DNA from: Euglena gracilis
Taxonomy: Eukaryota
DNA length: 64,000 nucleotides
Assembly: GCA_039621445.1 (NCBI GenBank)
Contig: CP154954.1
Coordinates: 21,526,954-21,590,953, forward strand
Direction: 5' to 3'
A program made the position numbers and the translations under genes. Within the stretch, counting starts at the first letter, position 1; every line of letters starts with the position of its first letter. The notes below the pieces were generated by a model that had not been told where the DNA came from, made no database searches, and saw only the letters and a list, made by a program, of their open reading frames with translations. Positions 1 through 12,200 of this stretch are shown in pieces.

Positions 1-268
1 GCAAATATCAGATTGGCGTTGATACTCAATCCACATTCACATTTTGTAGTAGACATGGCTGAGAGAGAGAGAGAGGAAAACACAACAGCCCTTGTCAAAA
101 AGGTAAAATGAAGGTCATCCGTCGCCGGACAGGGGTGCCTGCCCAACCCACCCCTGAAACCCTACCCCCCCCCCCCGGGGGGGTCGGCAGGGGTGCTATG
201 GGGTGCCTGCCCCTAGCACCCACCCACCCCCCCCCCGTGGGGTAGGCACCCGACTAAGCACAAGCCTG
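1..268 (-). mobile_element. Partial copy (one end) of the hAT element at 3171-5265
   Basis: Near-identical to 4999-5265; ends in TIR taagcacaagcctg followed by the same 8-bp target ggaacgtc (269-276). Confidence 0.85.
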
Positions 269-3170
269 GGAACGTCCCGAACGCCTCCCATCACCCTCCT
301 GCCCACCCGCTGGGGCCGGTGGGAGGGTGCGGTTCTGTGACCCAATGCAGAACGGCAAAGCTGATTGGTGCCCCGGTGCACAAAACGCCTCCAGCGGAGG
401 AGGTAATTTGCAACCCAGGCGGGAAAACCTGTTGGTTGACCACTGCTGAGCACATCCGCCAACAGTCAAATAATCCACTTGAACACTTGCCGGCAAAACT
501 CAACCGATACCGCGGAAACCCCATCAACGGGGATCACGGGCAGCTGTGGCTTGCCCAGCACTTCAAAAACAGTGCCCTGGATCCGGTCAGTTGAGAAAGC
601 TGTGATCATTTGGTTTGAGTCACACGTGAGTATCAAACCAGCATCATGCGACGACCAATCCAATTGCTCTAAATGCCTGGCCAACTGGTGCTCCCTTTTG
701 GGCTAGAAAAAAAAAACTGTCCCCTTCCCATTTTTTCCCAAACTTTGGTGAGCTGGCGAGCTGGGGGGCCCAGGGGGTAGATTGGGGGGTGTCGGGTGGA
801 AAGAGCGGCGCAGCAGATGCAGCCGTGGGGCAGACTGGACGAGCTCCTTTTGACATGGTACGGACAGCCACATATGAGCAACGGCTGCCCAACTGGGTAA
901 TTGCCCAGGCACACCCATCCCTTATCTGAACTTCGCCCCGTGCCTTTTGGCAGGCTCCCAATGCTGATGGCCCAGTCAGACTCGACGGAACTGCATCACA
1001 GGAATCAGCAGTCTAAGGAGCAAAGGTTGGTCATCACGAAGCCCAGCAAACTGCCAGAGCTGGGCTTTCACACACCACTCAGGTTGACCGGGGCCCTTTC
1101 TCCCCAACTGGCGCGGCCACTCCAGACCTTCAGCCACCAGTCAACACCTTCCTCTTTCCCCAACACCCCGCCAACCCAACGCTTCAATGCCAATACCCGG
1201 GAATGCAGGAGGCAGGTGCGATTCCGTTGTCCATCCCGGAACGTCCCGAACGCCTCCCATCACCCTCCTGCCCACCCGCTGGGGCCGGTGGGAGGGTGCG
1301 GTTCTGTGACCCAATGCAGAACGGCAAAGCTGATTGGTGCCCCGGTGCACAAAGCACCTCCAGCGGAGGAGGTAATTTGCAACCCAGGGGGGAAAACTTG
1401 TTGGTTGTCCACTGCTGAGCACATCCTCCAAAGGGTCAAATTGTCCACTTGAACACTTGCCGGCAAAACTCAACCGATACCGCGGAAACCGGGCAGCTGT
1501 GGCTTGCCCAGCACTTCAAAAACAGTGCCCTGGATCCGGTCAGTTGAGAAAGCTGTGATCATTTGGTTTGAGTCACACGTGAGTATCAAACCAGCATCAT
1601 GCGACGACAATCCAATTGCTCTAAATGCCTGGCCAACTGGTGCTCCCTTTTGGGCTAGAAAAAAAAAACTGTCCCCTTCCCACCTTTTCGGCAAACTTTG
1701 GTGAGCTGGCGAGCTGGGGGGCCCAGGGGGTAGATTGGGGGGTGTCGGGTGGAAAGAGCGGCACAGCAGATGCAGCCGTGGGGCAGACTGGACGAGCTCC
1801 TTTGACATGATACGGACAGCCACATATGACCACCGGCTGCCCAACTGGGTAATTGCCCAGGCACACCCATCCCTTATCTGATCTTCGCCCCCTTTTGTGC
1901 CTTTTGGCAGGCTCCCAATGCTGATGGCCCAGTCAGACTCAACGGAACTGCATCACAGGAATCAGCAGTCTAAGGAGCATATATGGGTCATCACGAAGCC
2001 CAGCAAACTGCCAGAGCTGGGCTTTCACACACCACTCAGGTTGACCGGGCCCTTTCTCCCCAACTGGCGCGGCCACTCCAGACCTTCAGCCACCAGTCAA
2101 CACCTTCCTCTTTCCCCAACACCCCGCCAACCCAACGCTTCAATGCCAATACCCGGGAATGCAGGAGGCAGGTGCGATTCCGTTGTCCATCCCGGAACGT
2201 CCCGAACGCCTCCCATCACCCTCCTGCCCACCCGCTGGGGCCGGTGGGAGGGTGCGGTTCTGTGACCCAATGCAGAACGGCAAAGCTGATTGGTGCCCCG
2301 GTGCACAAAACGCCTCCAGCGGAGGAGGTAATTTGCAACCCAGGCGGGAAAACCTGTTGGTTGTCCACTGCTGAGCACATCCGCCAACAGTCAAATTGTC
2401 CACTTGAACACTTGCCGGCAAAACTCAACCGATACCGCGGAAATCCCATCAACGGGGATCACGGGCAGCTGTGGCTTGCCCAGCACTTCAAAAACAGTGG
2501 CCCTGGATCCGGTCAGTTGAGAAAGCTGTGATCATTTGGTTTGAGTCACACGTGAGTATCAAACCAGCATCATGCGACGACAATCCAATTGCTCTAAATG
2601 CCTGGCCAACTGGTGCTCCCTTTTGGGCTAGAAAAAAAAAACTGTCCCCTTCCCACCTTTTCGGCAAACTTTGGTGAGCTGGCGAGCTGGGGGCCCAGGG
2701 GGTAGATAGGGGGGGTGTCGGGTGGAAAGAGCGGCGCAGCAGATGCAGCCGTGGGGCAGACTGGACGAGCTCCTTTGACATGATACGGACAGCCACATAT
2801 GACCACCGGCTGCCCAACTGGGTAATTGCCCAGGCACACCCATCCCTTATCTGATCTTCGCCCCGTGCCTTTTGGCAGGCTCCCAATGCTGATGGCCCAG
2901 TCAGACTCGACGGAACTGCATCACAGGAATCAGCAGTCTAAGGAGCAAAGGTTGATCATCACGAAGCCCAGCAAACTGCCAGAGCTGGGCTTTCACACAC
3001 CACTCAGGTTGACCGGGGCCCTTTCTCCCCAACTGGCGCGGCCACCCCAGACCTTCAGCCACCAGTCAACACCTTCCTCTTTCCCCAACACCCCGCCAAC
3101 CCAACGCTTCAATGCCAATACCTGGGAATGCAGGAGGCAGGTGCGATTCCGTTGTCCATCCCGGAACGTC
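269..3170. repeat. Tandem array, ~965-bp unit, 3 copies
   Basis: Unit marker ggaacgtc(ccgaacg) at 269, 1238, 2194, 3163; units highly similar with small indels. Confidence 0.95.
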
Positions 3171-3388
3171 CATGCTTGTGCTTACCAACCGGGGGGGAGG
3201 GGGGGGTGGGTGCTATAGCAGGCACACCCCCCCGGGGGTGCGGCCGCCCGGGGTACCCAGGGTTGGGTTGGGGGAGGTTGGGCAGATCTCCGTGTGTCCA
3301 AGAATCAACAAGCAACCAGGTCGCGATAAGCATCAATGCATTAGGAGCGTTGCATGGTCATTTCCCCGAAGACGGGGCATGTTACAGA

Positions 3389-4164
3389 TTAATCAGAGGA
3401 TGACGATGAAGAAACTTCATCATCGGAGGATGACTCACTATATACATCAACCGAAATTTGCCCCCCCCTTTGCCTTTTCCTTCCCTTTTCCTTTCTCTTT
3501 TCTGGGTGCTCTTTTTGATCCCTTGTCGGCTCTTGCCAAGCGAAAATGCAGCCTTGGCGTCGAGTTTACCAGCCGGTCCAGCACAGGTTGAAAATTATAT
3601 TCTTCCCATGGTGCTGCATCCAAACACAACACCATTAGCTGCTCAACGAGAGCAACATCCAACAGCGTACGCTGGTCAGAGAGAATGCGCCTCAATTTGG
3701 AAAAAGCGGACAAAACCAGGGTGCTGTCTAAAATACCAAGGCGATGAACACCATAAAAACAGCACCCTACCTTCAACTTGAGCATTGGAAGGGGTTAATG
3801 CGAGGCACATCCGGAGGAAATAATGCAGCTGAGGAAAATTTCCTCGGTTTGAAATTATCCGCTTCCAAAAAAGCGCGGATTCTGCTGGCCGGGTTACAGT
3901 TTCAGCCACGGAGACCATGGCATTAAACTCCGTGTGGAGAGCATCAAAAGTGATGTTCCACCTTTGCAAGCTCCCTTCCCAGTGGTCAAAAATAGGACGG
4001 ATGGAGGTTTCAGCGAATGAGGCAGGTAAATTTGTTGGCCAACTGTTCAAATTGAGCCAGGAGAGGGAATCCAAGACGGAGCGGGAAACAAAGCGGTCAG
4101 AAATTTGAGTCAATATAACCTTGTGAACCTCGTGCAAGACAGAGGCACCTTGGGTTACATGCAA
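3389..4164 (-). pseudogene. hAT transposase C-terminal region (dimerisation domain), intron-containing
   Basis: After removing 3712-3772 it reads FWKRII...FPQLHYFLRMCLALTPSNAQVESAFSKLRRILSDQRTLLDVALVEQLM, a hATC-like motif. An acidic tail (SESSSDDEVSSSSSSD*) follows a G-run frameshift. Zinc-finger-like remnant NAVREHLRGTKH near 4620-4660. No DDE core recognised. Confidence 0.85.
3712..3772 (-). other. Nonconventional (euglenid-type) intron in transposase, 61 nt
   Basis: 5' aggTAGggtgctgt ... acagcaccCTGgtttt 3', 11-bp terminal stem; removal joins two ORFs and restores V-E-S-A-F-S. Confidence 0.8.
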
Positions 4165-5265
4165 GCTTGTATCTAACGAACCAGGTTACAAAATTGTCCC
4201 CCTGTCGGATGTCGGATGTCGGACTGGAAATCCCCATGACATGTCCGCAAAAGAGACGCAAACTTGATTCCAGAGTCGGCAATTTGAACACCTTGGAATT
4301 CCAAGAATCCCTTACTTCGCCCAGGCTGAAGGTGCGATTTCAAGCCATTCCCTCTTGATCCCTCTTGCGTCAACAAACATCAAACCAGGCGAGGGTGGTC
4401 AAGCCTCATCCCTGGTTCCATGGTTGGGGCACTGCGCACCGACTCCGCAGACTCGCTGCACTCCATGATCGTTGAACTCGAAACAAAAAACACGAATCTT
4501 CTTCAATATCCACTGTCTAACATTTGCAACATCATTTGTTAGAAGAAGAAACATGAACAGCACGTTGGGACACCACGGGAAACAAGCGTTTCTTGTTCGG
4601 TTTCGCGGCCATCCTCATCCGGTGCTTCGTCCCGCGGAGGTGTTCACGAACGGCATTCGGGGCCGTTGACACCGCCAGCAACGCCATTCGAATAAAACCA
4701 TTGCACAACAAAAATTTCCTTCAGTCCACATTCCTTCTGGTGTTTGTACAAAAAAAATTTGGGAAACAAACAGGCGATATAACAGGTAAAGAAAAAAAGA
4801 AATATGGCCACAGGACAACGCAACAATGGGGGTTTTGCATCAAAAAAAAAAAAAAAAAAAAAAAAAAGAAACAAAAAGAAAAAAAAAAAAAAAGTAAAAA
4901 AAAAAAAGGAAATATGCCACAGGACACGCAACAATGGGGGTTTTGCATCAAAAAAGGATACTTTTGAACCTCAAAAGAAAACTGGTCCAAATATTTGGGC
5001 AAATATCAGATTGGCGTTGATACTCAATCCACATTCACATTTTGTAGTAGACATGGCTGAGAGAGAGAGAGAGAGAGGAAAACACAACAGCCCTTGTCAA
5101 AAAGGTAAAATGAAGGTCATCCGTCGCCGGACAGGGGTGCCTGCCCAACCCACCCCTGAAACCCTACCCCCCCCCCCGGGGGGGGCGGCAGGGGTGCTAT
5201 GGGGTGCCTGCCCCTAGCACCCACCCCCCCCCCGTGGGGTAGGCACCCGACTAAGCACAAGCCTG

Positions 5266-8200
5266 GGAACGTCCCGAACGCCTCCCATCACCCTCCTGCC
5301 CACCCGCTGGGGCCGGTGGGAGGGTGCGGTTCTGTGACCCAATGCAGAACGGCAAAGCTGATTGGTGCCCCGGTGCACAAAATGCCTCCAGCGGAGGAGG
5401 TAATTTGCAACCCAGGGGGGAAAACCTGTTGGTTGTCCACTGCTGAGCACATCCGCCAACAGTCAAATAGTCCACTTGAACACTTGCCGGCAAAACTCAA
5501 CCGATACCGCGGAAACCCCATCAACGGGGATCACGGGCAGCTGTGGCTTGCCCAGCACTTCAAAAACAGTGCCCTGGATCCGGTCAGTTGAGAAAGCTGT
5601 GATCATTTGGTTTGAGTCACACGTGAGTATCAAACCAGCATCATGCGACGACCAATCCAATTGCTCTAAATGCCTGGCCAACTGGTGCTCCCTTTTGGGC
5701 TAGAAAAAAAAACTGTCCCCTTCCCACCTTTTCCCAAACTTTGGTGAGCTGGCGAGCTGGGGGGCCCAGGGGGTAGATTGGGGGGTGTCGGGTGGAAAGA
5801 GCGGCGCAGCAGATGCAGCCGTGGGGCAGACTGGACGAGCTCCTTTTGACATGGTACGGACAGCCACATATGAGCAACGGCTGCCCAACTGGGTAATTGC
5901 CCAGGCACACCCATCCCTTATCTGAACTTCGCCCCCTTTCGTGCCTTTTGGCAGGCTCCCAATGCTGATGGCCCAGTCAGACTCGACGGAACTGCATCAC
6001 AGGAATCAGCAGTCTAAGGAGCAAAGGTTGGTCATCACGAAGCCCAGCAAACTGCCAGAGCTGGGCTTTCACACACCACTCAGGTTGACCGGGTTCTCCC
6101 CAACTGGCGCGGCCACTCCAGACCTTCAGCCACCAGTCAACACCTTCCTCTTTCCCCAACACCCCGCCAACCCAACGCTTCAATGCCAACACCCGGGAAT
6201 GCAGGAGGCAGGTACGAAGCCGTTGTCCATCCCGGAACGTCCCGAACGCCTCCCATCACCCTCCTGCCCACCCGCTGGGGCCGGTGGGAGGGTGCGGTTC
6301 TGTGACCCAATGCAGAACGGCAAAGCTGATTGGTGCCCCGGTGCACAAAATGCCTCCAGCGGAGGAGGTAATTTGCAACCCAGGGGGGAAAACCTGTTGG
6401 TTGTCCACTGCTGAGCACATCCGCCAACAGTCAAATAATCCACTTGAACACTTGCCGGCAAAACTCAACCGATACCGCGGAAACCCCATCAACGGGGATC
6501 ACGGGCAGCTGTGGCTTGCCCAGCACTTCAAAAACAGTGGCCTGGATCCGGTCAGTTGAGAAAGCTGTGATCATTTGGTTTGAGTCACACGTGAGTATCA
6601 AACCAGCATCATGCGACGACCAATCCAATTGCTCTAATTGCCTGGCCAACTGGTGCTCCCTTTTGGGCTAGAAAAAAAAACTGTCCCCTTCCCACCTTTT
6701 CCCAAACTTTGGTGAGCTGGCGAGCTGGGGGGCCCAGGGGGTAGATTGGGGGGTGTCGGGTGGAAAGAGCGGCGCAGCAGATGCAGCCGTGGGGCAGACT
6801 GGACGAGCTCCTTTTGACATGGTACGGACAGCCACATATGAGCAACGGCTGCCCAACTGGGTAATTGCCCAGGCACACCCATCCCTTATCTGAACTTCGC
6901 CCCCTTTCGTGCCTTTTGGCAGGCTCCCAATGCTGATGGCCCAGTCAGACTCGACGGAACTGCATCACAGGAATCAGCAGTCTAAGGAGCAAAGGTTGGT
7001 CATCACGAAGCCCAGCAAACTGCCAGAGCTGGGCTTTCACACACCACTCAGGTTGATCGGGCCCTTTCTCCCCAACTGGCGCGGCCACTCCAGACCTTCA
7101 GCCACCAGTCAACACCTTCCTCTTTCCCCAACACCCCACCAACCCAACGCTTCAATGCCAACACCTGGGAATGCAGGAGGCAGGTGCGATTCCGTTGTCC
7201 ATCCCGGAACGTCCCGAACGCCTCCCATCACCCTCCTGCCCACCCGCTGGGGCCGGTGGGAGGGTGCGGTTCTGTGACCCAATGCAGAACGGCAAAGCTG
7301 ACTGGTGCCCTGGTGCACAAAGCACCTCCAGCGGAGGAGGTAATTTGCAACCCAGACGGGAAAACCTGTTGGTTGTCCACTGCTGAGCACATCCTCCAAG
7401 CGTCAAGTTGTCCACTTGAACACTTGCCGGCAAAACTCAACCGATACCGCGGAAACCCCATCAACGGGGATCACGGGCAGCTGTGGCTTGCCCAGCACTT
7501 CAAAAACAGTGGCCCTGGACCCGGTCAGTTGAGAAAGCTGTGATCATTTGGTTTGAGTCACACGTGAGTATCAAACCAGCATCATGCGACGACCAATCCA
7601 ATTGCTCTAATTGCCTGGCCAACTGGTGCTCCCTTTTGGGCTAGAAAAAAAAACTGTCCCCTTCCCACCTTTCCCCAAACTTTGGTGAGCTGGCGAGCTG
7701 GGGGGCCCAGGGGGTAGATTGGGGGGTGTCGGGTGGAAAGAGCGGCGCAGCAGATGCAGGCGTGGGGCAGACTGGACGAGCTCCTTTTGACATGGTACGG
7801 ACAGCCACATGTAAGCAACGGCTGCCCAACTGGGTAATTGCCCAGGCACACCCATCCCTTATCTGAACTTCGCCCCCTTTCGTGCCTTTTGGCAGGCTCC
7901 CAATGCTGATGGCCCAGTCAGACTCGACAGAACTGCATCACAGGAATCAGCAGTCTAAGGAGCAAAGGTTGGTCATCACGAAGCCCAGCAAACTGCCAGA
8001 GCTGGGCTTTCACACACCACTCAGGTTGACCAGGCACTCCAGACCTTCAGCCACCAGTCAACGCCTTCCTCTTTCCCCAACACCCCGCCAACCCAACGCT
8101 TCAATGCCAATACCCGGGAATGCAGGAGGCAGGTGCGATTCCGTTGTCCATCCCGGAACGTACCGAACGCCTCCCATCACCCTCCTGCCCACCCGCTGGG

Positions 8201-8870
8201 GCCGGTGGGAGGGTGCGGTTCTGTGACCCAGTGCAGAACGGCAAAGCTGATTGGTGCCCCGGTGCACAAAACGCCTCCAGCGGAGGAGGTAATTTGCAAC
8301 CCAGGCGGGAAAACCTGTTGGTTGTCCACTGCTGAGCACATCCGCCAACAGTCAAATAATCCGCTTGAACACTTGCCGGCAAAACTCAACCGATACCGCG
8401 GAAACCCCATCAACGGGGATCACGGGCAGCTGTGGCTTGCCCAGCACTTCAAAAACAGTGGCCCTGGACCCGGTCAGTTGAGAAAGCTGTGATCATTTGG
8501 TTTGAGTCACACGTGAGTATCAAACCAGCATCATGCGACGACCAATCCAATTGCTCTAATTGCCTGGCCAACTGGTGCTCCCTTTTGGGCTAGGAAAAAA
8601 AAACTAAACCACGGCAGATGCAGCCGTGGGGCAGACTGGACGAGCTCCTTTTGACGTGGTGCGGACAGCCACATATGACCACCGGCTGCCCAACTGGGTA
8701 ATTGCCCAGGCACACCCATCCCTTATCTGAACTTCGCCCCCTTTCGTGCCTTTTGGCAGGCTCCCAATGCTGATGGCCAGTCAGACTCGACGGAACTGCA
8801 TCACAGGAATCAGCAGTCTAAGGAGCAAAGGTGGGTCATCATGAAGCCTAAACTGCAAGAGCTGGGTTTC
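5266..8870. repeat. Tandem array, ~965-bp unit, ~3.7 copies
   Basis: Unit marker at 5266, 6234, 7206, 8155; last unit has an internal deletion and is truncated. Confidence 0.95.
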
Positions 8871-9276
8871 CGGTGTTTGTCTGTGCTGTCTTGGTCGTTT
8901 TTTTTTTTCTTGTACCATCTGTCGTACCTCAAATAGGATTACAGGAATGGCTTCCTGTCATAGCACTTTGTTTATATCAAGAACGTCCAAAAAAAAGCTC
9001 AAAAATCGACCGTTTTTTTTGGTTTTCAAAATTCACTCTTTGGAAAATGTGCTTTAAATTGACTATTTTTTGCGAGCCTGAAAATTTTTCAAAAAACAAC
9101 CCCTTTTGGGTTGCCGGAGGTTGTGATTTCGGAATTGCTTGGGGGGGACCTAGGTTTACCCTCCCCGAGCTGTTCCCATCGGTCCATAAAAGAATAGCTC
9201 GGGGGGGGGGTACACTTTCAACTGCCCACCAGCTGTTTTGGGTTGTTTAGACTTCAAATTGTAAAATACTGCATAC

Positions 9277-12200
9277 CAGAGGAAGAAATGGGTGCTGATC
9301 CTTTTGCTTGTCCAGCTGGGTCAACCACTCCTGGGTAAATCTCCTTCACTGTGAAGCAATGGACGTCGCATCATATCAACCAAAACATGAAATAAAAAAA
9401 AACACAAACAAAATTGATTGCAATAGCACACCAAGTAACATGTCTCTGAGCATACCATATCGACCTCCTGGGCTCACTTTCCACTTTGCCGGTCAATCAC
9501 CTTTCAAAAACCTGTCACCCACTTCCAACACCCCCAGGAGGTCAGTCACTCTGGCCTCTCCAGCCAAAATTGCTCGAAATCAATGTATTTTGGCCATTTC
9601 TGGTCAAACATGCAAAAAAAAAAATACTGTGCCTTTGGCACCTGGTGGGCCACTTTTGAGCCAGTCCTGGCTGATCCACCCCAGGGTCTGGAGCCCGAAC
9701 CAAATCGCTCAGAAAAAAAAACCATCCCCGGAGAGGGGGTTGGACACACCTTAAGCAATGGAATGGTTTGGACCAGGCTTTTTTTTTTACCAGCCCTGGG
9801 GGTGCGGGGGGGGGGGGTGCCTTGATCGATGGGGTCCCCCCAGGGGGGTCGGTTTTGGGCCCTGGTGCCTGCTGAGCAAGCTGCCTGTTCCTTGAAAATG
9901 GCTCATTTCTGGGGGGGGGGGGCTAGAGCACTGCCTACCTCAAAATCCAACCCCCTCGGAGCATTAGCTTCATCAAAAAAAAATATGCCTGGAAAATGCA
10001 AATGTTGAAAATGCAAAAATAAAAAAAGCAACTTTCAAAAAAAATTGCTGGGTGTGATGAGGTGGGCAATTTGGAAACAATTGCAATGTACTGCACCCTC
10101 ACCCCAAATAATCCCCCCCCCCCTGTGAGCGTCCAATTTCGAGCAATGGGGTACTGCCCCCCACCAACTTCGCCCCCCCCCCCCCCCCCGCCAGGACTTC
10201 GGGCACCCCGGGGCATATTTGGGGGGGAGTTTAATTGCGATCTGATGTTGCAGGAGAAATGCACGCAGATTTTGGGGAGACTGGCATGCTCTTGCAGGGT
10301 CAAAAAGAAAACAAACCACCACAACTTGGCAAAAAAATCAAGAACCCATTAAAATGCTGAGGAAAAGAAAGCCTCTTTGTTCTGGCCTTTCCTTCTGTAA
10401 TATGGGTAAAACTTTCACTCAGGCTTCTTTGGAAGACACAGGGGAGTTCCCGCCAAAAAAAACAGGTCATTTGAAAGCGTTTCCCAAAAATTTTCCCGCA
10501 CTTTGTGCCGGAACCCAAACCCAGACCCCGGATCCACACCCCAGGGTGTCGCTTAGTGACCGGGGGGGGGGGGTCCAGGTCAGAGGTTAGGAAATTTGGG
10601 CTGGCTGGCCCCCTCTCCCCCCCACAGGAATTGGCCTTTGGGGGTACTCCCTGGAAGTCTGGATGGTATGTCTGGACTCCCAGTCCAAACCATGCCATTG
10701 CGTAGCGACCCCCCGGGGGGGGGGGAGGGGGTCACTTTCCACTCTGAAAAAACCAGTCAGTCACTTTTTCCCAAAAAACCAGTCAGTCACTTCACCCCCC
10801 CCACTTTTCAAAAAAAAACCAGTCAGTCGCTTTACCCCCGGGGGGGGGGGGGGATCGGCCACTCTTGGATGATGAGGAGGAGGCAATGAATATTTGACAA
10901 AAAGTCTCAAGAAAAAATCCAAAAAATTTCCGGCGCCTTCGGCGCCAGGCCAACGACTTTTTCATTTTCGGCCCCGCTTCCACATTCCGGGGCCGGTTGC
11001 ACCTGATGTCAAAGGCAGCGAGGGATTCCGGGATCTCCAGACAGCCAGCACGGAGGCCGCGATGGATAAAGACTCTGGGCTGGTGTTGCCCATGAAATCG
11101 ACCATCTGGGCAGCAACCAGTTCCGGAGTTATGCCAAGGGATCTGACCCATGCTGTAGCTCAGCAACGGCAAACGTGTGAGGGGCAGGGCATTGCTCAAT
11201 GACCAATTGGGGGAGAGGGGGGTGAACCCACAAGCTGGAAATCTTGGGCTGCCTGAAAAAAGGTTGCTGGCTGATCCCCCCCCCCCAAGGGTGAGGTCGA
11301 ACCCGGTGCCCAAAATTGAAACTGCAAAAAAGCACAAAACGAAACATTCTCTATCAACTCAAAACAAAAAACATGTGTTTTCAACTCTTGATTTCGGACC
11401 CCTGTTCGATGTCTGGATCGTCCTTGGACGGCCCTTGGAAGATTGTTTTTTCTTAAAAAAATAAACAAAACCTTTATAAAAAAAACCTTTGAAAACACCT
11501 TAAACCCTTTTTGGGGGAAATCATTGTTTTAAACAATAAAACCTGGTCATTATTTGGGGGGGTGAAACACAATCCCAGCAACAGCATGATCCTGTGTCAG
11601 TTACAAACTCCCGGATGATGCGAATAGCATCGTCTGTCAAGCCAGACCGGTCAAAAGATGGGTAGTCGGACTCCAGAGGAATAACCAACGTTGCCCCTCC
11701 TGTTTGGTGAAACAGAAAACAGATAAACCCATTGTTGACTGCCAGAAATGCGTGGGTACAATCAACTTCAGGACAGCATGAATTGCGGGGAAATGCATCC
11801 CTTTGAATACTTGTTCGAGAAAAAACATCGCAAACTATCTTGCAATACTCAATCAGAAGTGTCAATAAAAAAAACACAACAATTGTGGGATGGGGGGGAT
11901 CCCCAAGTGCCTTGAAATATCTACCCATACGGGAAAACCTGGTGGGGGTGGTCGGTGGTACAAGAAAGCCTGGAGGGGAGAGGAGGTCAACCCCACCCGG
12001 GAAGTGGGGGGGTCAACCCGTGCTGCAAAAAGCAAAATTAGCTCGGAATTAGCTCGGAATCAGGAAGAGCAGGGGTAAGAATTAGCTCGGAATTAGCTCG
12101 GAATCAGGAAGAGCAGGGGTGAGAAGAAAAGGAGGATTCAGGATGCAGCTGGTGACACCTGGGAGAGCAATGGTGGCTGGGGTTGGGGTATCCTTTTGGA

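Larger units (their letters stand above)
3171..5265 (-). mobile_element. hAT DNA transposon, apparently internally deleted (2095 bp)
   Basis: TIRs catgcttgtgctta / taagcacaagcctg (13/14 match); perfect 8-bp TSD ggaacgtc (3163-3170, 5266-5273); hAT C-terminal coding remnant inside. Confidence 0.9.

Noticed and set aside
3676-3785. Programmed frameshift or sequencing error in the transposase
   Set aside because: A 61-nt stem-type intron explains the frame change and restores the motif exactly
4593-5217. Poly-Lys/poly-Phe ORFs
   Set aside because: Translation of an A-rich tract inside the hAT element
269-8870. Spliced-leader/5S rRNA or snRNA gene array
   Set aside because: No recognisable 5S or euglenid SL sequence in the unit by eye; an Infernal search would settle it
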